From assembly GCA_951406725.2 (NCBI GenBank), contig OX597830.1, positions 78,802,001-78,866,000 on the forward strand: a stretch of 64,000 nucleotides of DNA, given 5' to 3'. The translations under genes were made by a program, and so were the position numbers. Below are positions 56,422-64,000 of this stretch, one piece after another. This DNA is from Octopus vulgaris. Taxonomy: Eukaryota. The notes under the pieces are model-generated. The model saw only the letters and a program-made list of their open reading frames with translations, did not search any database and had not been told where the DNA came from. Each line of letters starts with the position of its first letter. The first letter of the stretch is position 1.

Positions 56422-57066
56422 ATGTATGTATGTATGTTTGTTTGTATGTATGTTATATTTTCCGTTTGATATATATACGACGAGCTTCTTTCAGTTTCCG
56501 TCTACCAAATCCACTCTCAAGGCATTATTAGGCCCGACACTATAGTAGAAGACACATGCCAAAGATGCCCCACAGTGGGTCTGAACCTAGAACCATGTGG
56601 TCGAGAAGCCACTTATTATAGGCAACCTATTACAGGTACAGACGTGGTTGCGTGGTTTCTTACAACACAGCCACGCCTTTACCTATAATAGGGTTTTTAA
56701 AACATCGAATGTCTATGAGGGTACGTCTGTGTAAAACAGGAACCATAGCGGTCCACTGGAAAAAAAGAAAAAATAGTTGTGAGACATTGGCCAAAAGGCC
56801 CTTTTCAGCTATGGCCTTTACTAAAAATGAATTTTTGTTGTGTGTCCTTAATTATTCTTCCAACATAGAGTTAACAGGATATTTACAAAGAGAAGTAGGC
56901 AGAAGTCGACTTCGCTGTTAATACTTTCGGAATCGATTAAATAAGAGGTTCAATACAGGAATCGATGTAATCGATTAGCTCTCCTCTCCTTGTACCTATC
57001 GCAGAAAAAATATTTACAAAAGGAATGGTAGTACCTTACAAAGTTCTTTTTATTAAAAAAAAAATG

Positions 57067-57160
57067 TGCCCCAGGTGAGGATCGAACTCACGACCTTCAG
57101 ATACCTCTGCCATGTTACTTGATTATGAGACTGACGCGCTGCCTACTGCGCTACCGAGGC
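57067..57160 (-). tRNA. tRNA-Met(CAT), elongator, 21-nt intron
   Basis: Intron ATCAAGTAACATGGCAGAGGT; T-run terminator. Confidence 0.93.
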
Positions 57161-57544
57161 CACTGATTAAGCCTGTTCTTATTTTGTGACAATAGTCTTG
57201 ATACAATGTTTGTGTGTATATATATAATTGTAGGTGCGTGTGATTATGCGGGTGATTAACATACATGACTCTGTGGGTGTATGTGTGTGTACGTAAGTAT
57301 CAGTTTGGTTTTCATTTGAATGCACGTGTGCTTGCGTTGCATGTATGTACGAGTGTACAATCGTATGAATTTCCGTGTTTAGAACACAAATGTGTGCAAG
57401 CAATAAAAAAGATTATTAGGGGTTCTTTGGGATGAAAATCACGACTTCTCGTTAAGTAGGCTCCTTGTGCCTATCGCAGAAAAAATATTTATAAAAGGAA
57501 TGGTAGTACCTTAAAAAGATGTTTTATTTGAAAAAAAAAATGTG

Positions 57545-57638
57545 TGCCCCAGGTGAGGATCGAACTCACGACCTTCAGATACCTCTGACTTATTATTTGA
57601 TTATGAGACTGACGCGCTGCCTACTGCGCTACCGAGGC
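57545..57638 (-). tRNA. tRNA-Met(CAT), elongator, 21-nt intron
   Basis: Intron ATCAAATAATAAGTCAGAGGT; T-run terminator. Confidence 0.93.
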
Positions 57639-57907
57639 CACTGATTAAGTCCGATCTATTTTGTGACAATAGTCTTGATACAGTGTGAGCGTGTATATAA
57701 TTGTAGGTGCGTGTGATTATGCGGGTGATTAACATGTATGATTCTGTGGGTGTATGTGTGTGTACGTGCGTATCAGTTTGGTTTTCATATGAATATACGT
57801 GTGCTTGCGTTGCATGTGTGCGTGTGTGTGTGCGTTTGTCTATGTGCGTGCGTGTTTGTACGTTTCTTTTATTTGTTTACACGTTTATCTGCTCAGCGCA
57901 CACGTAT

Positions 57908-57971
<64 letters not shown>

Positions 57972-58070
57972 GGTGGTGGTGGTGGTGGTGGTGGTCTTGG
58001 TGGTGGTGGTGTTGGTGGTGGTGGTGGTGGTTGTAGTGGTGGTAATAGTAGTAGTAGTAGTAGTAGTAGT

Positions 58071-58135
<65 letters not shown>

Positions 58136-58402
58136 CAGCAGCAGCAGCAGCAACAGCAGCAACAGCAGCAACAGCAACAGCAGCAGAGTAACGGCAGCAG
58201 TACACGCAGTTGTGATCGGTGTCGCCATTGCAGTTGTTTAGTCACAGCGCAATCCAGTTCGAGAACACAACTACGATCAAAAACATTCCATCTGTGACCA
58301 TCATGTCATTTTTTTTTAACATACAGGTAACGAGTACAACAATCCCTATCGTGATCTTATTTCAGACGTTAACGTATGTTAATTGAGGAATATTTTTTTT
58401 AA

Positions 58403-58600
58403 TCTTTTACTTGTTTCAGTCATTAGACTGCGGCCATGCTGGGGTACAGCCTTCAACAATTCTTTTAGTCGAATTAATCGACCCCAGCACTTTTCTTAAC
58501 ACGGGACTTATTCTATCGGTCATTTTGCCGAACCACTTTTGTTACGGGGACGTAAACACACCAGCACCGTTTGTCAAGTGGTGGAGGGAGGAGACAAAAA
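58403..58600 (-). mobile_element. SINE family B, 3' fragment
   Basis: CTTTTACTTGTTTCAGTCATT...GTTACGGGGACGTAAACACACCAGC. Confidence 0.7.
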
Positions 58601-58625
58601 CAGAAAGAATCTCTCTTTCTTTCTT

Positions 58626-58667
<42 letters not shown>

Positions 58668-58991
58668 CCTCTCTCTCATATACACCTGTGCGCATATATA
58701 TATATACACGCACAAACACTTGCGCCCGTATACCTTCGAAACACGCATTGGCTCGAAACAGGGGCAGCTGAAGAAGGGGAATGTTCCTTGTGTTGGTTGT
58801 CTTGTACTCTGTTTTTTCGTTGTTAAAAAAAGTCCGTTTCCTTGTTTGGTTTTATGTTTTCGTTTCTCGTTATGTTCTACGTTTATTTGTGGTGTCCTGT
58901 ACTCATATATGCATGTATATATACATATAGATGTAGGTATGTACATATATGTACGTATGTATGCACATATGTTTTATCATATTGTTATTAT

Positions 58992-59054
<63 letters not shown>

Positions 59055-59437
59055 TGTTTATATGTTTGTACTGTCGTTACCGTCTTGCTTTTTTTACCCC
59101 TCTGCGACAAGATCTCAGAATTTTAATTGATTTGCTTTTCGCGGGAAGGAATTTTTCATTCGAAGTATATCGCTTTTATCCTTCGAAACGTTTAGTAGAT
59201 GAAACTTTAGCGACTGAAGAAGGGGATTTTTCGTTGTGCTTATTGTCCTGTATCTCCTTTTTTTGCTTGTCTTGTTCCTTGGTTTGTGTCTATGTTTTTC
59301 GTCTCTCTATGTGTTCGACGTCCTTTTGGTGTCCTGTACACATATATGCGTGTATATGTACATGTAGAGGTAGGTACGTACATATATGTTTATATATATG
59401 CATATATTTTATTAACATATATATATATATATATATA

Positions 59438-60225
59438 CTAGCAGCATAGCCCGGCGTTGCCCGGGTATATAAGAGCCCCTAGTAGGCAACGACTAATCCC
59501 AATCTAGTCCTTTCCCTCTAGGGAAGGAAGGCGCATGTGTAGGTTGCAATGTCTTCTCTTCACTCGAATACTTCTGTGTATACGAATGTTCCTAGCTGTC
59601 CCTTTGGGCGATAAAAAGGTCGAGTTGTGTCCCTATACAGTTTGTGTTTAATACACAAATCGGTTTGCTATGTGTGCCACATATGATTTAATTACCCGAT
59701 TTTTTCCAGTAATAAAGTATCCTATTGGAATAAAAAGGGCCATATAGCTCATTGGAGCAGACATGATGCTCGCTGTGAATTTTTAAAAAAATACCTGCCA
59801 ATTTGTGAAAGATATTATCGAAAAGATGTCATCTTGAATTTGAACGCGATTTCCCAAAATGGCATGATTTTATCGATTTTTTTCTGATGGTAAGGTATTG
59901 CATGGAAAACTAACATCAGAATTAAATTTCTTAAGATAACATTAAGCTTCACCATGAGTTTGGTGAAAATCGATTGCAAGTTGCGAAAACTACAACAGAA
60001 AATGTGTTGCATATAAAAAGCTTAGATTCTCGACCCCATGTCGAATTTATCGATTTTTTTCAGAACTGGGGGAACTTTTAAAATTTTTTGCTGCGTTAGT
60101 ATTGAATTATGACATTGGGCTATGTGTGTGTCAAGTTTCATCAGAATCGGTTGAAAGCCGTGGTCAGGGTGAGGGTACAACCTGACAGACACACAGACAG
60201 ACAAACTGCCGTTTATATATATACA
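59438..60225 (-). mobile_element. Non-autonomous Helitron
   Basis: Minus-strand 3' end has hairpin CCCGGGCAACGCCGGG 8 nt before CTAG (59438-59441). The other end has AAGTTTCATCAGAATCGG, (ACAG)n and TTTATATATA, typical of small Helitrons. Confidence 0.75.
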
Positions 60226-60508
60226 TATATATATAGTAGCAACAAATATATAAACGTATGTATATATATATACACAATTAATGCAGGATAAAATTTACAA
60301 TTAATATATGTTTACTCTTTTACACGTTTATGCCATGCGGCTGTGGTCATGTTGGAGAACCATATTTATATAATATATAATATATATATATATGTATATG
60401 TATATAAAGTTAATCCAAACAAGAAAACACAGAAAAAAACACAGCAACGCTAGGACGTGGAACAATTAAAGTATTATTTGAGGCTCAGGAAAGAAGGGAA
60501 GAAGGAGG

Positions 60509-60543
60509 GTTTAACGTTTCGAGCGGAGCTCTTCGTCGGAAAC
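60509..60543 (-). ncRNA. Minimal type I hammerhead ribozyme (U4C variant) in a pLTR-like repeat (~60400-60625)
   Basis: GUUU-CCGACGA-A-GAGC(UCC)GCUC-GAAACGUU-AAAC. Confidence 0.7.
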
Positions 60544-60625
60544 AAGGAGAAGGAAAGATCCCGAGAAGGGAAGACAGAGGAAAAAAATATTTTTGCTGGT
60601 GGTGCTCAAGAGATCACATGATATA

Positions 60626-60677
<52 letters not shown>

Positions 60678-60678
<1 letters not shown>

Positions 60679-60896
60679 GGAGGCGTGCCGAAGAATTTCT
60701 GGTTTTGAGTAAACGAAAATACAGGAGGATCAGTTAATTATGATTTTTATTCAACATATTCCCTTCTCAGATTCGCACACTTATCGAAGCGGCCCTTAAG
60801 CTTGTCTAGGCCCTGTAAAAGAACTCAAAAGGTTGGGTCTCCAGCCAGGCCTTTCGCGATAGACTTAAAAACAGGTACTTTCAGCACCTCCTCGTA
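60678..60896 (-). mobile_element. Mariner-derived MITE
   Basis: Imperfect TIRs (CGGAGGCGTGCCGAAG..GGTTTT / AAAACAGGTACTTTCAGCACCTCCTCGTA); minus-strand RFDKCANLRREYVE* transposase end. Confidence 0.65.
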
Positions 60897-60999
60897 TATA
60901 TGTGTGTGAGTGTGTGTGTGTATGTGTGTGTCTGCGTGTGTATGCGTGTGTTGTGCATATGTGTGTGTGTGTGTGTGCGTCTGTACTTGTGTGTGTGTG

Positions 61000-61222
61000 T
61001 GTTTGTGTCCATTTTTATCTTCCCACCAACGCTTGACAACCGGTGTTGCTGTGCTTACGTCCCCGTAACTTAGCGGTTCGGCCAAAATAGACCGATAGAA
61101 TAAGTAGCAGGTTTTTTTTTTAAATAAGTACTGCGGTCGATTCATTCGACTAAAACAATTCTTCAAGGCGTTGCCCCAGCATGGCCGCAGTCTGATGACT
61201 GAAACATGTAAAAAATGAAAAG
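61000..61222 (+). mobile_element. SINE family B, 3' part
   Basis: CGCTTGACAACCGGTG...CGTCCCCGTAACTTAGCGGTTCGG...CAGCATGGCCGCAGTC. Confidence 0.75.
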
Positions 61223-62293
61223 ATAAAGTCGGAATTCGGAGCGAGAATATTCCGAAACTCACCAAAAGAAAAATCATTTAAAAAATTCATTTGCAAAATC
61301 GCAATCTAAACACTCAAAAACGTATCTTTTAAAAATTTCAGAAAGATATGAGGAAACAAATTAGTCGGTATGGGTGGGCACTAAAGGAGAGACATACCCT
61401 CACTTTATGTTCGCTGGACCTGATAGAAGGAATTGAAATATAAGATATATTGGCAGAGGAATTGGTAATGGTGAGGAACTAAAATGAGATTTGTAATGAT
61501 ACGGTGAAAATGATATGATTCTAAACTGGATATCGAAACCGTGTATCGCAGATACAAATTACTTTGCAAACTTCACGCTCTAATAGTGCACTCTCCCTCA
61601 ATCTCTCTCTCTCTCTCTCACTCCATATTTCTCTCTCTCTCTCTCTCTCACACTCCGTATTTCTCTCTCTCTCTCTCTCTCTCTCTTTCCTTACCTATCT
61701 ATCTACCTTCCTCTCTTTCTTTCTCTCTCTTTTCTTTCACCTTTCTTTGTGTCTATGTGCGTATGCATATGTATATAGAATTATGTATATGACACATACA
61801 TACATACATACATACATACATACATACATACGTACATATGTATATATACACATAGACACAAACATACAAATATACATGTATGTGCTTGTGTGTGCGCGTG
61901 TGTATATGTGTGTGTGCGTCTGTCTGTCTGTCTGTGTTTGCGTCTGTGTACGCATCCTTTTGTATAAGCGTATCCATACATATGTGAGTAGATATGCATA
62001 TGCATACATACACTGAGACAAACATACACATACAAATTTACTGAAATATTAGAAAAAATCATCATCATCATTACCATCATCATCGTCATCATCTTACACT
62101 GACACGATTCCGGTTCGAATGAAGCGGAGACTGACAGGTGAACGGGAGGAGGGACACTGATGCACATACTCGGGGACACACACATACACATACGAAAACA
62201 CATACACACACACACAGACACACAAAAAAAAGCAAATACGCATGCATCAACGCGTAGATACAGATGCACAGAGAAGGGAAGGTAGAGAAACTA

Positions 62294-62351
<58 letters not shown>

Positions 62352-62359
62352 ATATATTG

Positions 62360-62476
<117 letters not shown>

Positions 62477-64000
62477 CGAGTTTCTCATTAGGATTAGGAA
62501 AGGTTTATGCAAGGAAGATTAAATCTAGGGAAACATCTAAATAATCAACTATAGACAATAAATGTAGGCTTTATTTGGCTGAAAGAGCGCAGATCCTGTT
62601 CAGATCTAAGATCTCTCTCTATTGAATTCCAGGTCAGAAATTTTCAGTGATTGCATGCATATGTATAAATATATCTTGAAGAATTGGAAAATTCCGCCTA
62701 TTCCTGACTGACTTGATATTCCGCCGGGAATTGAACTCATGACCTTGCGATCGTGAGCCGAATACCTTAACCACTAAGCCACACACATTCACAGTAGTAG
62801 TAATAAACGCCAATGTAAACGACAAGACCATAACATTTTGAGCGGTGGAGAGTGGAGAGAAAGATGAAATTAAATATTGATCAATTCTTCGGCGAAGTTC
62901 GGACGCACGTTATGGGACGTAACTAAAGCATAAGAAATTTTTTTTTTTCACCGTTCCACAATTTTGGTTATTTCTCCGTGTTGTATTGGACACCAAACTG
63001 TCTTTGGATGGTTCTTGTAGTGTAAAGGTTTTTTTCTATGAGAGTACGTTGCTAAACCATTTCTCTCAACCCTTGTCCCTTTCTATGGAAGAAGAATGGA
63101 TGTGGGGTGAGTGTCGCCACTCCACCTTCACCCATCACGATCCCCATGTCGAAAGAATTAAATGGAGGAGGAAGAGACAGAGGAGGAGGAACAGAAGACA
63201 AGAAGAATGTGAACTATACATACATACATACATACACACATAAATACATACATACACACATAAATACATACATACGTACGTACGTACATACTGACATATA
63301 CTCATTCATACGAACGCAATAATAGAAATTTCGTTTAGGCGATTTCTTTTCACCATTCCAAGCAGAAAAGCTGAAAAAAAGAATAAATAAAGAGCCAGCC
63401 AAAAGCAGCTCATTCGTGTGTTGACTGTCCTTCACTTTTCGCAACAAACAAGGCAATTATCGGCAACAGCCTCGTTCACGTCAATTGTTTTAAACAAAAC
63501 CGAAACATGTACACACACAAAATAATATATAAAGAAAAATGGCGTCCGAGCAGGCGATCAGGCAGCCATTACTAAAAGCCCGTTCCAAAGATATGTTTTA
63601 CCAAGAGTTTAGTGGCTTTTGTCATTGCCACGGTCTTGCATTTCTCCAGCGTGGCTTTCTGTGCGTTAAATCCGTTTTAATTAAAGAGACGGACCCGAAG
63701 AAGACGAAGAAGAAGAAGAAAAAAAATACGTCCTTATCAGTTAAGTAGCAATTGCTTGAGAAATCTTTGTTGGCAGCAGATAACTAAAGCTCGCTCAACC
63801 AAAATGGCGTCGAGTTTTAAAACATCGGGAAAAGAAGCGGTAGAGGAAGGGGAAGAGAAAGAAGGAAGAAGGTTGAGAAAGAGAGAGAGGTAGGGAGGAA
63901 GGTGTTGAGATTGAGTGAAAAGAAAGAATAGAAGAAAAAAAGGAAGAAAAATTATATTGTATAATGCAGCAGCGATTGCAATTGCCATGAGAATGCAATT

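Larger units (their letters stand above)
52680..57850. repeat. Tandem segmental array of a ~1.9-kb tRNA-Met-containing unit
   Basis: tRNA spacing 2398 bp (unit carries a 434-bp MITE), 1904 bp and 478 bp (deleted unit); flanks highly similar. Confidence 0.9.

Noticed and set aside
51064-57638. Initiator tRNA-Met or SINE interpretation of the five tRNA copies
   Set aside because: G1-C72 and the TTCGA T loop indicate an elongator tRNA. The full cloverleaf, immediate T-run terminator and lack of a SINE body argue for genuine genes.
52680-57850. CRISPR-like repeat-spacer reading of conserved tRNA exons with variable inserts
   Set aside because: Inserts are mutually homologous tRNA introns within kb-scale duplications; eukaryotic context and no cas genes.
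63539-63748. 69-aa ORF with a good start context (AAAATGGCG)
   Set aside because: No recognisable homology and it ends in a GAA repeat; kept only as a possible regulatory motif.

Overview
Eukaryotic, very AT-rich, microsatellite-saturated non-coding DNA. The tRNA-derived SINE repertoire and the (TA)n/(TACA)n/(TAA)n density suggest an octopus (coleoid cephalopod) genome; this is an inference and was not database-checked. No intact host protein-coding gene is visible, and almost all listed ORFs are simple-repeat artefacts. Supported content: (1) five minus-strand elongator tRNA-Met(CAT) genes at 51.1-57.6 kb, each with a 21-nt canonical-position intron, four of them in a ~1.9-kb tandem array; (2) about ten Penelope-type minimal type I hammerhead ribozyme motifs, intact or decayed, from several repeat families. 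These include a perfect tandem pair spaced 353 nt apart (retrozyme/pLTR-like, 44.16-45.0 kb) and a tRNA-headed SINE-like element ending in a hammerhead (22.7-23.0 kb); (3) decayed Penelope-like RT, RTE-type and RLE-type LINE, mariner, Tc1, piggyBac and Helitron relics, plus a MITE with a 6-bp TSD; (4) many SINEs; (5) about eight fold-back inverted duplications.
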